In this document: positions 1-9,649 of the stretch, one piece after another
Layout of the letters: every line of letters starts with the position of its first letter
Position numbering within the stretch: position 1 is the first letter of the stretch
Origin: Spirochaetia bacterium
GTDB taxonomy: Bacteria > Spirochaetota > Spirochaetia > DSM-2461
Length of the DNA stretch: 64,000 nt
Direction of reading: 5' to 3'
NCBI GenBank assembly: GCA_963668315.1
Contig: OY764216.1
Span: 4,384,001 to 4,448,000 of the forward strand
The notes under the pieces: model-generated
Seen by the model: only the letters and a program-made list of their open reading frames with translations
Told to the model about the DNA's origin: nothing
The model's database searches: none
Program-made: the position numbers and the translations under genes

Positions 1-243
1 CATGGCCTTTTCCAGGCTGAATTTCACATCCCCGCAGGTCACACCGAAGTCCTCCCCGTGCAGGGCGTGGCTGTAGTGTTTGGCCGACGCCAGAAGGCAT
101 TTGGTGGGGATGCATCCGTGGTTCGTACAGACCCCGCCCAGATGATCCTTCTCGATTATCAGGACTTTTTTACCCATATGGCCGGCCCTTTCGGCAGCCA
201 CGTAACCGCCGGGACCGGAACCGATCACAATCAAATCATACAT
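1..243 (-). CDS. lpdA: Dihydrolipoamide dehydrogenase (E3), 5' part only, runs off the window
   Basis: Manual translation MYDLIVIGSGPGGYVAAERAG...GGVCTNHGCIPTK shows the GxGxxG FAD motif and redox-active CxxxxC. Lies downstream of E2. Confidence 0.93.
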   Translation of the reverse strand, partial: MYDLIVIGSGPGGYVAAERAGHMGKKVLIIEKDHLGGVCTNHGCIPTKCLLASAKHYSHALHGEDFGVTCGDVKFSLEKAM

Positions 244-261
244 CAATTCTTCTCCTATTCT

Positions 262-335
262 GGGGGGCCGCCCTCCGGGCGCCGGGCTTTCCGCTCGAAC
301 AGGCTGGCGCCTGTAACCGCTGCAATCCCTGCCCC
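262..335 (+). ncRNA. Flavo-1-like structured RNA / palindromic repeat, copy 1
   Basis: GGGGGCCGCCCTCCGGGCGCCGGGCTTTCCGCT, then hairpin ACAGGC..GCCTGT, then CCGCTGCAATCCCTGCCCC. Shares its core with 54153-54266 and resembles, from memory, the Flavo-1 motif of Bacteroidota/Spirochaetota. Confidence 0.6.
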
Positions 336-340
336 ATACG

Positions 341-1699
341 TCAGCCCGCCAGGGCCAGGTCTATGTTCTCTATGGTGGTAACCACATCCTTCAGGAACTT
401 CGCCGCCGGAGCCCCGTCCAGGGCCCGGTGGTCAAAGGTCAGGGAAAGTCCTATGCGGGACTGCAGCCTGATCTCCCCGTTTACTTCCGCCGGCTGTTTC
501 GTTATGGCGCAGACGCCCAGGATACCCGCTTCGGGGGTGTTCAGCACGGGAGTGAAGCTTTCGATGCCCATGGCTCCCAGGTTGGTTACCGTAAAGGTTC
601 CGCCCGAAAGATCCTCCGGACCGGCCTTCCCCTCCTGACAGGCGCCGGCGAGCCGTTTCGTCTCGCCCGAAATGCCCTTGAGGCTCAGAAGATCGGCGAA
701 TTTCACAACCGGAACCATCAGGCCCTTGGGGGTATCCACGGCCAGGCCCAGGTGGACATGGTCGAACTGGACCATCTTGTCGCCCAGGAAGTGCTGGTTG
801 ATCTCGGGGTATTTTGTCAGCGCCCGGCTGACGGCGAAAAGGACCAGATCGTTGATGGTCACCCTTGTCAGGCCCATCTCTTCGGGGCTGTTCTTAAACC
901 GCTTGCGCAGGGCCATAAGGGCCGTGGCATCGGCGGAGGTATTCAGTGTCAGCTGAGCCGAGGAGCTCAGGGAGTCGTGCATTCTCTGGGATATCACCTT
1001 GCGGATGCCTTTGACGGGAAGTTCGGTAGCAGATCCGGGGAATTCCAGTCCCGTTTCGGCGGGGGTGGCCACGGGAGCGGCGCCTCCCAGATCGGAAACC
1101 CGAACGCGGCCTCCCATTCCCGTGCCCGATGCCGGTGCGGTCATTCCCGAATCCTTCGCGGCCTGTACGGCGGCGGGGGTCAGAGGCTGCTTGCCCGCCA
1201 GGGCGGCTTCCACATCCCGTTCGATAACCCGTCCCCCCGGACCGGAACCGGCCAGCTGAGCGGCATCGAAGCCCTTGCCGGCGGCCAGATTTCTCGCACG
1301 GGGCGATACGGCGCCCTGTCCCGCAGCAGAAGTCACGGCCACTGTGGGAGCGGCGGCCGGGACAGGAGCGGCTGCAGGGGCAGCCTTCTCTGCCGGAGCC
1401 GGTTCGGAAGATACCGTTTCTGCCGCCGGGGCTCCGCCTTCGTAGGAACTGACGTCCTCCCCCGCTTCGCCGAGAAGAGCGATGAGAGTATGGACAGGCA
1501 CTTCGTCATCGATATTAAAAAAGGTTTTCAGAAGAACGCCGTCGGCGGGTGATTCCACGTCCACCACGGCCTTATCCGTCTCCACCTGGCAGAGTATGTC
1601 ACCGGTGGAAACGGTATCTCCCACTTCCTTATTCCATTCAACGATAATACAGGATTCCACTGAATTACCCTGCTTTGGCAGTAATACTTCTTTTGCCAT
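341..1699 (-). CDS. pdhC: Dihydrolipoamide acyltransferase (E2) of a 2-oxoacid/acetoin dehydrogenase complex
   Basis: Lipoyl domain (ETDKA), Ala/Pro linker, two E3-binding-like repeats (GSGPGGRV, GTGMGGRV), catalytic DHRALDG. Confidence 0.9.
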   Translation of the reverse strand: MAKEVLLPKQGNSVESCIIVEWNKEVGDTVSTGDILCQVETDKAVVDVESPADGVLLKTFFNIDDEVPVHTLIALLGEAGEDVSSYEGGAPAAETVSSEPAPAEKAAPAAAPVPAAAPTVAVTSAAGQGAVSPRARNLAAGKGFDAAQLAGSGPGGRVIERDVEAALAGKQPLTPAAVQAAKDSGMTAPASGTGMGGRVRVSDLGGAAPVATPAETGLEFPGSATELPVKGIRKVISQRMHDSLSSSAQLTLNTSADATALMALRKRFKNSPEEMGLTRVTINDLVLFAVSRALTKYPEINQHFLGDKMVQFDHVHLGLAVDTPKGLMVPVVKFADLLSLKGISGETKRLAGACQEGKAGPEDLSGGTFTVTNLGAMGIESFTPVLNTPEAGILGVCAITKQPAEVNGEIRLQSRIGLSLTFDHRALDGAPAAKFLKDVVTTIENIDLALAG

Positions 1700-1721
1700 T
1701 CCTGATTTTTCTCCTTTTTTC

Positions 1722-2477
1722 CTAAACCATTTCTATTTTTATGCCCGATTCGCTTAACCGGTTTTTATCTTCTTCTTTTATATGACCGTCAGTAATGAGC
1801 CGGCTCACCCGTTCCAGGGGAAATATCTTGGCGAAGCCCGCTTTGCCGATCTTCGATGAATCGGCCAGAACCACCGTTTCCCGGGAGTGATCGGCCATCA
1901 CACGGATAATTTCCGCGTTCTCCACCAGATGGGACGTAAAACCCGCTTCGGCGGAGATGCCGTCAGTGCCGATAAAGGCGTATTTCACGTGGTACTGTTC
2001 CAGTTCTTTCAGGGCGGTGGGCCCGACGAGCGCTTCGGCCTGGGGACGGAATTCGCCGCCCACAAGGGTCAGATTCAGCGCCGGGTTCATACGGGCGTAG
2101 GGAAGGATCAATGTGGAATTGGTCACGATGCGCACATCCCGCTTCCCCAGGAGATAGGAACCGATAAGGGCCGTCGTCGTACCGGCCACGATCATGACCG
2201 TATCTCCGTCTTCGATCATATCGGCCGCTTTACGGGCTATCTCCTTCTTGGCGTCCATATTTTCTTTCTGCCGGGAGAGCATATCCGGGTGGAAGGCGGT
2301 CTGAACCCCTCCCCTGGTTCGGAAAACCAGGCCCATGGAAGCCAGATGGTCCAGATCATTCCTCACGGTGACCCGGGATACATCAACGAGCTCGCTCAAC
2401 TGGGAAACAGACAGGGACGGATCGTCTCTCAAAAAATCCAGAATATCCTTCTCCCTCTCATTTAAACCACTGAACAT
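1722..2477 (-). CDS. DeoR/GlpR family transcriptional regulator
   Basis: HTH VSRVTVRNDL...RTRGG; C-terminal AGTTT, TNS and DSSKIG motifs. Confidence 0.93.
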   Translation of the reverse strand: MFSGLNEREKDILDFLRDDPSLSVSQLSELVDVSRVTVRNDLDHLASMGLVFRTRGGVQTAFHPDMLSRQKENMDAKKEIARKAADMIEDGDTVMIVAGTTTALIGSYLLGKRDVRIVTNSTLILPYARMNPALNLTLVGGEFRPQAEALVGPTALKELEQYHVKYAFIGTDGISAEAGFTSHLVENAEIIRVMADHSRETVVLADSSKIGKAGFAKIFPLERVSRLITDGHIKEEDKNRLSESGIKIEMV

Positions 2478-2508
2478 GCCATAATCCTTCTAAAAGCTTA
2501 TCAATATC

Positions 2509-2552
2509 TTTCTTTTTTATTTCATATTACTTTCCTTTTGCTTTTCTATCAA
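2509..2552 (-). promoter_or_regulatory. Sigma70-type promoter overlapped by phased TTTC repeats (putative DeoR operator)
   Basis: Minus strand TTGATA (2547-2552), 17 bp, TAATAT (2524-2529). TTTC occurs at 2509, 2520, 2531 and 2543. Confidence 0.5.
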
Positions 2553-2665
2553 GGTTTTTTGAAAAGTTTTTGATAATTTCCCCTATCCGGTGGGAGGCTG
2601 AGAGCTTTTTTGTTATATTGATTGTACCGGGATGTCCCGGACTGACCATGCGAGGGAGGGATATT

Positions 2666-3187
2666 ATGGAAAAACAGCCGTACCAGCTTTTTCTTGATCT
2701 GGACGGCGTTCTGGTTGATTTCAACAAGGGCGTCCGTTTTTATACGGGGAAAAGTCCGGAGGACCAGACCCCCAAGCAGATGTGGTCCGTCCTCTCCCAT
2801 GTCAAGAATTACTATGCCAAGCTGGACTGGACCGAAGACGGCCGTGAGCTTTGGGATCGGACAAAAGATCTGAATCCGGTCATTCTCACCGGTCTGCCCC
2901 TGGGAAAATGGGCGGAGCCGCAGAAAAGGGAGTGGTGCCGACGGGAGCTGGGGAAAGACGTGCCGGTTATATGCGGCATGTCCCGGGAAAAGCATCTGCT
3001 GGCCTGGGACTGGCTCCACGAAAACGGCCTGGGCGATGTCGTTCCCGTTCTGATTGACGACAGACTGAACCTGAAATTCCCCTGGGAGGAGTCGGGGGGA
3101 AAATTCATTCTCCACTTCAACTCAAGGGAGTCGCTGAGTCAGCTTGATGAGATACTGGATTCGTCGGCAGTCTCCGCCGGGATCTAA
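2666..3187 (+). CDS. HAD-superfamily hydrolase, 5'(3')-deoxyribonucleotidase-like
   Basis: Motif I FLDLDGVLVDF, ILTG, LIDDR. ATG at 2666 follows GGAGG. Confidence 0.75.
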   Translation: MEKQPYQLFLDLDGVLVDFNKGVRFYTGKSPEDQTPKQMWSVLSHVKNYYAKLDWTEDGRELWDRTKDLNPVILTGLPLGKWAEPQKREWCRRELGKDVPVICGMSREKHLLAWDWLHENGLGDVVPVLIDDRLNLKFPWEESGGKFILHFNSRESLSQLDEILDSSAVSAGI

Positions 3188-3909
3188 TAGGGACAGGCCA
3201 GCTTTTCGGCCAGATTGACCGATTCTATCAGCAGAAATCCGGCGATGCCCAGAACAAGAATGCCCGCATACATCTCTCCGTAGGCCAGTCGGGACCAGGC
3301 ATCCATGATGTACCAGCCGATTCCGCTCCGGGAAGCATAGGTTTCCGATAAAAAGAGCACGGCGATGCCCGTCCCCATGGTGAGTCGGAGTATACTGAAA
3401 ACCCGGGGTAGAATGGCGGGGATGATGATATGACCGAGGCTTTCCGTAAAAGTGCCCCCCAGACTCCTGAAGGAATCATAGAAGTGAGGATCGATCTCCA
3501 TAACCCCGTCCCTTATGTTCAGGTAGAACTGAAAAAAGACAATCAGGGCTACGAGAAAAATTTTCGAACCGTTGCCCAGGCCGAAAAAGAGAATAACCAG
3601 GGGCAGCAGGGCGATCTTCGGCACGGGAAAAAGTATATACATGGTGGGACTGACCAGATTGTCCATGGCCTTATTTGTACCCGAACCGATCCCCAGGATA
3701 AGGGCGGGTATGAAGGCAAAGACGAGCGCGGCCACAACCCGCAGAAGGGATATTCCCAGATTGGCCATCAGGCCTCCCAGAATATCGCTCTGTCCCATAA
3801 GCAGGAACACTTTCGCCGGAGTGGGCAGAAAGGGCTGATCCACATAAAAACTCAGGAGAGTCCAGAGAACAAAAAGTATGACCAGGGAGAGGATTTTTCG
3901 TTTTATCAC
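3184..3909 (-). CDS. ABC transporter permease, NitT/TauT family
   Basis: Hydrophobic; FPVPKIALLP; EAA-like loop; GIGWYIMDAW. Confidence 0.9.
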   Translation of the reverse strand: MIKRKILSLVILFVLWTLLSFYVDQPFLPTPAKVFLLMGQSDILGGLMANLGISLLRVVAALVFAFIPALILGIGSGTNKAMDNLVSPTMYILFPVPKIALLPLVILFFGLGNGSKIFLVALIVFFQFYLNIRDGVMEIDPHFYDSFRSLGGTFTESLGHIIIPAILPRVFSILRLTMGTGIAVLFLSETYASRSGIGWYIMDAWSRLAYGEMYAGILVLGIAGFLLIESVNLAEKLACPY

Positions 3910-4643
3910 CGGCTTATCCTTTCCAGTTCCCGGCGAACACCCAGACAGGTCTCAAAGAAGCGCTGCTCCTTTCGGTAGGCCGCTCCTCCGGGAGAATTAT
4001 CCAGGCTTTGCAGTCCGCCCTGGCCGTCCATAATGTGAATTCTGTCGCAAAGGAATACGGCTTCTTCAATACTGTGGGTGACGAGAATAATGGTCAGGGG
4101 GCTCTCGCTCTTTCTTTTGATTTCCAGAAGCCTGTCCTGAAGCCCCTCTCTGGTCATGGAATCGAGTGAAGAGAAAGGCTCGTCCAGAAGAAGAAGGCGG
4201 GGTTCAAGAATCAGAGCCCGCCCGATGGCCAGCCTCTGCTGCTCACCGCCGGAAAGCTGGGAGGGAAACCGCTTTTCCTTGCCGGAAAGGTCCAGTTCCT
4301 GAAAGGTATGCCTCACCTTCTCCTCGATAACATGCTTTTCCACCCCCCGGATTTTTAATCCCAAAGCCAGATTGTCTCCGCATCTCTTCCAGGGGAAAAG
4401 GCCGAATTTCTGCAGTATGATGCTTATGTCTCTCCGCCCCGCTTCCGCCGGGACTCCCCCGACGCTGACCCGTCCTTTTCCGGGCGTAAGGAGACCGGCG
4501 ATCATATAGAGGAGAGTCGTTTTCCCGCAGCCCGATTTGCCGATGATGCCGTGGACTTTTCCCTCTTCGAATGTAAAATCAAGGGATGAAAATATAGCGT
4601 CTTCCCCCTTATAGGAGAAGAACAGATCCGCCAGCTCCACCAC
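3906..4643 (-). CDS. ABC transporter ATP-binding protein, NitT/TauT family
   Basis: [32 protein letters not shown]. Likely GTG start at 4643, just after the ubiX stop. Confidence 0.92.
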   Translation of the reverse strand: MVELADLFFSYKGEDAIFSSLDFTFEEGKVHGIIGKSGCGKTTLLYMIAGLLTPGKGRVSVGGVPAEAGRRDISIILQKFGLFPWKRCGDNLALGLKIRGVEKHVIEEKVRHTFQELDLSGKEKRFPSQLSGGEQQRLAIGRALILEPRLLLLDEPFSSLDSMTREGLQDRLLEIKRKSESPLTIILVTHSIEEAVFLCDRIHIMDGQGGLQSLDNSPGGAAYRKEQRFFETCLGVRRELERISR

Positions 4644-4644
4644 C

Positions 4645-5247
4645 TTACACAGACCCCATCCGGCCGTCCCATCGTTTGGTACGATCCGATTCCCGGCCCA
4701 GAAGATCAAGGACACGGGAAACGGTATGCCTCACCATATCCTCCAGGCTCTCCGGTTTGTGATAAAAGGCGGGGACGGGGGGCATGATACAACCGCCCGC
4801 TTCGGTAACGGACAGCATATTTTTCAAGTGAAGGACGTTCAGGGGAGTTTCCCTTGCCAGAAGGATGAGGGGGCGTCTCTCTTTCAGTGTCACATCGGCC
4901 GCCCTTTCCAGCAGATTGGAAGAGATGCCCCCGGCTATCCGGGCAAGGGTCCCCATGCTGCAGGGGGCGACCACCATACCGGCCGTCAGATAGGAACCGC
5001 TGGCCATGGGACTGTGCAGGTCCCGTAATCCGCAGGTTGTCAGAAGCCCCTTTCCGCCGTCGATATCCCGGCTCCACTCCTCCCATCTCTTCCCCGTCTC
5101 GAAGGCCAGAACATTTCGCCCCTGCTCGGTCAGGACCGCTTCCACGGGGATTCCCTGTTCTACCAGAGCCCGGGCCGTTTCTATTCCGTAAACCGAACCG
5201 GTCGCACCGGTAATGCCCAGAAGGACCGGTCTCTCAGAGGGAGCCAT
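4645..5247 (-). CDS. ubiX: Flavin prenyltransferase UbiX/Pad1
   Basis: GITGATG, ASGS, APCSMGTL, RAADVTLKERR, RETP, PAFYHKP. Confidence 0.95.
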   Translation of the reverse strand: MAPSERPVLLGITGATGSVYGIETARALVEQGIPVEAVLTEQGRNVLAFETGKRWEEWSRDIDGGKGLLTTCGLRDLHSPMASGSYLTAGMVVAPCSMGTLARIAGGISSNLLERAADVTLKERRPLILLARETPLNVLHLKNMLSVTEAGGCIMPPVPAFYHKPESLEDMVRHTVSRVLDLLGRESDRTKRWDGRMGSV

Positions 5248-6121
5248 ACATTCCTCCGGGAAGATAAATATCCAGAAGTGCGAAAAAAAGGAACAGGGGG
5301 GAAAGGATCTGATTCAGATGGTACGATGCCAGGGGGATCCACTTTATACTCCCCTTCCAGGCAAGAAGGTGTTCGGCCGCCAGAAGGAATCCGGCCAGAA
5401 TCAGCCCGGTCAGATACCATCCACGAAGGGGAAAGAAGAGGAAATTCATGGCCCAGAAAGAAAGCGTTCCCAGGTGGGACAGCCCCGCAATGACGAGGGC
5501 TCCCTTTTTTCCGAAGGCGGCGGGAACCGAATGGATGCCATGGGTTCTGTCATGCTCGATGTCCTGAAGGGCATAGATAATATCGAACCCGGCCACCCAG
5601 AGGGCGGCGCCGATGGTCAGGGGAAAATAACGGATTTCAAATCGTCCGCTCAGAGCCAGAAAGCTCCCCATGACGGCGGCCGACGTGGTCACCCCCAGCC
5701 AATAGTGGCATAAAAAGGTGAAACGCTTGGTAAAGGAGTAACCGAAGATCAGCACCAGAGCGGCGGGGACCAGGAGCAGACAGAGGGGATTCAGTTTCCA
5801 GGCAGCGAAGAGAAACAGGGCCAGACAGAAAAAGGAAAAGACCGACAGCTCCATCGGCTTGAGCCGTCCCGAAGGCAGGTCCCTTCCGGCGGTCCGCGGG
5901 TTTTCCCTGTCTATATGCCGGTCTATAATGCGGTTGAGGGCGTTTGCTCCGTTTCTGGCTCCGAATACGGCGACCAGTATCCAGAGGACTTTCATCAGAT
6001 CGGGTCTGCCTTTGCTTTCAAATAGAAAGGCGGCAACCGCCAGAGGCAGGGAAAAGAGTGTATGCTGTATCATCACCGCCGAGCCAATGAGAGAAGTTTT
6101 ATCCAGAATTTTCTTAATCAA
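5234..6121 (-). CDS. ubiA: UbiA-family prenyltransferase (MqnP-like)
   Basis: HTLFSLP, NRIIDRHIDRENPRT, YSFTKRFT, GFDIIYALQDIEHD. Confidence 0.9.
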   Translation of the reverse strand: MIKKILDKTSLIGSAVMIQHTLFSLPLAVAAFLFESKGRPDLMKVLWILVAVFGARNGANALNRIIDRHIDRENPRTAGRDLPSGRLKPMELSVFSFFCLALFLFAAWKLNPLCLLLVPAALVLIFGYSFTKRFTFLCHYWLGVTTSAAVMGSFLALSGRFEIRYFPLTIGAALWVAGFDIIYALQDIEHDRTHGIHSVPAAFGKKGALVIAGLSHLGTLSFWAMNFLFFPLRGWYLTGLILAGFLLAAEHLLAWKGSIKWIPLASYHLNQILSPLFLFFALLDIYLPGGMYGSL

Positions 6122-7562
6122 GGCCCAGCTCCCCCCAGATACGATCGATTTTCGCCTTGACCTCTCCGGTCATTTCGATATCCTCGGGCCACTCCCGGTG
6201 GTGGTTGTCCATGGGACCTTTCTTGGTGGCGTCGATTCCCATTCTCGTTCCGAAACGGGGCAGAGGCGAGGCGTGATCCAGCGCATCAAGAGGCCCCTGG
6301 GACAAAATCAAATCCCGGGAAGCGTCAATATTATTGAAGACTTTCCACATCACTTTGCCCACGTCCTGAACATCCACTTCCTTATCCACAACAATGATCA
6401 TTTTTGTATACATCATCTGCCCCAGACCCCAGAGAGAACTGAGTACCTTGTGTACATGACCGGGAAAGCGCTTTTCCATGGAAATGATGGCGCAGTTATG
6501 GAAGACCCCTTCCAGGGGCAGGTTAAGATCGACAATCTCGGGAACCATTTTCTTCAAAAGGGGAAGAAAAAGCCTTTCCGTCGCCTTGGCCATATAACAG
6601 TCCTCCATGGGAGGCTGCCCGACAATGGTGGCGAGAAAAACGGGATTTTTCCTGCGGGTGATACAGGTCACGTGAAAAACGGGGTAATCGTCCGCAAGAG
6701 AGTAATACCCCGTATGGTCCCCGAAAGGTCCTTCCCTGCGCAAAGGCTCGGAGGGATCGACATAACCTTCCAGAACAAATTCCGCCTGGGCGGGAACATG
6801 GAGATCACAGGTCACACACTTGACGGTTTCCACGGGCTTGCCCCGCAGATATCCGGCGAAAAAAAGCTCCGAGACACCTTCGGGAAGAGGAGCCGTAGCC
6901 GCATAGGTAACGGCCGGATCATCGCCCAGAGCCACAGCCACGGGCATCTTCTCGCCCCGGGCCTTATACTTCTGATAGAAGTGGGCTCCATCCTTGTGGA
7001 GGTGCCAGTGCATGCCGGTGGTCTTTTCATCAAAGACCTGCATCCGGTACATCCCCATGTTCTGTGCTCCCGTATCGGGGTCGCGGGTTATTACCAGAGG
7101 AAGGGTAAAGAAAGGTCCCCCGTCCCCGGGCCAGCAGGTCAGCACGGGCAGTTTGGATAGGTCCGGCTCTCTCTCCACCACTTCCTGGCAGGGAGCTTTG
7201 AGGACCTTGCTGGGCAGGAAAAGGCGCGCCCATTTCGCCTTGGAGAGGAAGCTGGGAATATCCAGCTTGACCGTCTGTGAAAAGGCCCAGTCGATCAGTT
7301 CCTCCAGCTCACGGGCCTTGGCATCAAGGGATTCGCTCCCCAATGCCAGAGCCATACGCTCGTAGCTCCCGAATCCATTGATAAAAACGGGAAAATCCGA
7401 TCCCTTCACATTCTCGAAGAGCAGAGCCGGACCGATTGCCTTACTTACCCGATCGGTAATTTCCGTAATCTCCAGACACGGATCCACTTCCCGGGAGATT
7501 CTCTTCAGCTCCCCCCGGGATTCCAGATTTTTTATGAAGGAACGCAGATTCTTATAAGCCAT
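6114..7562 (-). CDS. ubiD: UbiD-family prFMN decarboxylase (menaquinone/futalosine-type)
   Basis: NMGMYRMQ, HWHLHKDG, EGPFGDHTGYY, GPLDALDHAS, GIDATKK. Confidence 0.93.
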   Translation of the reverse strand: MAYKNLRSFIKNLESRGELKRISREVDPCLEITEITDRVSKAIGPALLFENVKGSDFPVFINGFGSYERMALALGSESLDAKARELEELIDWAFSQTVKLDIPSFLSKAKWARLFLPSKVLKAPCQEVVEREPDLSKLPVLTCWPGDGGPFFTLPLVITRDPDTGAQNMGMYRMQVFDEKTTGMHWHLHKDGAHFYQKYKARGEKMPVAVALGDDPAVTYAATAPLPEGVSELFFAGYLRGKPVETVKCVTCDLHVPAQAEFVLEGYVDPSEPLRREGPFGDHTGYYSLADDYPVFHVTCITRRKNPVFLATIVGQPPMEDCYMAKATERLFLPLLKKMVPEIVDLNLPLEGVFHNCAIISMEKRFPGHVHKVLSSLWGLGQMMYTKMIIVVDKEVDVQDVGKVMWKVFNNIDASRDLILSQGPLDALDHASPLPRFGTRMGIDATKKGPMDNHHREWPEDIEMTGEVKAKIDRIWGELGLD

Positions 7563-7563
7563 T

Positions 7564-8418
7564 TCAGCGGACCACTATGTCTTCGAGAGTAAAATCGATG
7601 GCCACACCGTACTTGTTTTCATACCACCCTTTAACCGATTGAAAGTTCTCTTCCGTAGGAAGGGTGATCCCGTCAAATTCGGGCATGGGGAAGTCCTGGG
7701 CTTCGGGAAGCCGAATCTGTTCCAGAAGCATCCCATGATATTCGCCCGGATTATCATTGATCTCCTTCACGGTTCTGTTCCAGGATTCGGTCAGGACTTT
7801 CATCATCCCGCTGTTCTTTTCCAGATAGGAACCGGAAAAGGCCAGAATGGTAGGGGTAATGGTCGTATCCGCCTGATCACGGAGTATCTGAAATCCCTGG
7901 TTCAGAAGGGGCCAGGCCATTCCATCGGTCAGACAGGCCATGGGAAGCTGTCCCGTCCTGAGCATTTCCATACGCACGGGAACCTGGGGAATGGGATTTT
8001 TAATTATATTCTCCCCTTCCAGCAGGGTGTCCACCATATATTCGATAACCGTATTTTCCGATATCCCCACTTCGTAGGTATCACCTGAAAAGTCAGGCTG
8101 GGCGACAAGGAGGAAGCGGCATTCGGTAAGGGTTAAAATCTTCATTTCCTGTCCGTTGCGCTGGAAATGAAAAAGACCGACCATATCGCCGGAAATACCA
8201 TCCAGTTCACCGGCCATCAATGCCGCATCCCGTTCTTTGGCACTCATAAAGGGCACAACTTCCACTTCATCCATTAAAAGAAGGGGAAGATTACCCGGAT
8301 CGGGCATGACGCCGATTCTTACCTTTCTCGGGGAGGAATCGGCCTCTTTCTTTCCTTCTCCGGAAAGGCTGAAGAGAGCGAGGACGGCAGCAATAAGCAA
8401 ACAAATTCTTTTGATCAT
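7564..8418 (-). CDS. ABC transporter substrate-binding protein, NitT/TauT-like
   Basis: Signal peptide; RIGVMPD, SAKERDAALMAGELDG, ISENTVIEY. First gene of the operon that ends in the ATPase and permease. Confidence 0.8.
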   Translation of the reverse strand: MIKRICLLIAAVLALFSLSGEGKKEADSSPRKVRIGVMPDPGNLPLLLMDEVEVVPFMSAKERDAALMAGELDGISGDMVGLFHFQRNGQEMKILTLTECRFLLVAQPDFSGDTYEVGISENTVIEYMVDTLLEGENIIKNPIPQVPVRMEMLRTGQLPMACLTDGMAWPLLNQGFQILRDQADTTITPTILAFSGSYLEKNSGMMKVLTESWNRTVKEINDNPGEYHGMLLEQIRLPEAQDFPMPEFDGITLPTEENFQSVKGWYENKYGVAIDFTLEDIVVR

Positions 8419-8559
8419 AGAAAATCCTTATTTTTTCTCGTGTTTTTACAATTTTGTTTGATTATAGAGAAAAATGACAAAAAAAATAAGGGAAAAGAGA
8501 GGGGGACCCTAAAAAAAATCCTGATCCCCTTCAACCATTTTTTTCTTCAGCTGAAATAA

Positions 8560-8844
8560 TTAATAGTAATCCCGGGTCCGGCTGAATGTATAGAATAACT
8601 GAAGGAAGAGGAAGGAAAAAAAGAGAGCCGAGCCGATAAGAATCCACAAGGAACTTACAGGCAAATCACTGAGAAAAAAGGAGCCGACCAGACTGCCTCC
8701 GAACGAACCGACCAGAGATACGGCCAGGGGCGGTATGACCCGGCCGGGAAAATCCCTTTTCATAATAAAAATCTGAAAAAAGGCCGTTCCGGTGCCAATA
8801 AAAATGAAAAGAAAAAAATCCGTTATTAAATCCATGCTTATCAT
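8560..8844 (-). CDS. Small membrane protein (GlsB/YeaQ/YmgE-like)
   Basis: Three hydrophobic Gly-rich segments (LVGSFGGSLVG). SD AAGGAG upstream. Confidence 0.5.
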   Translation of the reverse strand: MISMDLITDFFLFIFIGTGTAFFQIFIMKRDFPGRVIPPLAVSLVGSFGGSLVGSFFLSDLPVSSLWILIGSALFFSFLFLQLFYTFSRTRDYY

Positions 8845-8860
8845 GTCATCCGCTCCTTTA

Positions 8861-9649
8861 TCATTGGGGAACCCAATACGCGGGATTTATGGTTACATTT
8901 CCCAGATAGACGGGAATGCTCTCGATCGAGGAGGCAGAGGTGGAAACCCCCTGGGAAAAAGCGGCTACGGCCACCACAAGGGATTGCTGGTCGTAGTTCT
9001 CATAACCGTAGTAAAACCGGCTGCTCTTTAGAAACAAGTCGTAGACATCCGAATCTATGCCGTCGGAATCACTGCTAATCGTTACACTATTATTATAGGC
9101 CTGGTAGCTTTCGTCATCCTTAAAGTCATATTCAGCAGAAAGAAAGCCTATCCCTCTTACATCATCATCGACAGTAGTGCCGCTGGAATCAAGTTCAATG
9201 GCCCGCCTGTATAAAACAGATGTGTTATTGGCTCCGCTCACCTGAAGCTCCTGGTCTTCCAGGTTGAAGTCCAAAGTAACCGTGGATGAAGCATTGACAG
9301 TCGGATCGGTAGTCGAATCGGGATAATTGCCGTTTACCTCTGTATCATCGGTATTCTTCATTTGAACAAACCCCAGTTTCTTCAATGTATCAAACCCGAT
9401 TTCCACCTCGTCTTCATCATTAATCTTTGACCGGTCGCTGCTGATGAGGGACGTCTCATTGGCCCAGTAAAGCTTATAAGCCAGGACGTAATTGTCGGTA
9501 TCCGTATCCGGTTCAAAGGCCAGAGTGTAGTCGGTACCGTCGGAATCCACGACTTTGGGAGGATTGAGTACTTCATAACTGGGTAGACCGCAGGAAAGAA
9601 ACGGCAGGCTAAGCACCGCTGCGGCGAGAATCTGTTTCCATTGACCCAT
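8861..9649 (-). CDS. Acidic lipoprotein, unknown function
   Basis: Lipobox FLS-C; Asp/Ser/Thr rich; start overlaps the cyclase stop (TAATG). Confidence 0.7.
   Translation of the reverse strand: MGQWKQILAAAVLSLPFLSCGLPSYEVLNPPKVVDSDGTDYTLAFEPDTDTDNYVLAYKLYWANETSLISSDRSKINDEDEVEIGFDTLKKLGFVQMKNTDDTEVNGNYPDSTTDPTVNASSTVTLDFNLEDQELQVSGANNTSVLYRRAIELDSSGTTVDDDVRGIGFLSAEYDFKDDESYQAYNNSVTISSDSDGIDSDVYDLFLKSSRFYYGYENYDQQSLVVAVAAFSQGVSTSASSIESIPVYLGNVTINPAYWVPQ

Noticed and set aside
5859..7160. 433-aa + strand ORF
   Set aside because: Antisense shadow of ubiD/ubiA, with no recognisable motifs.
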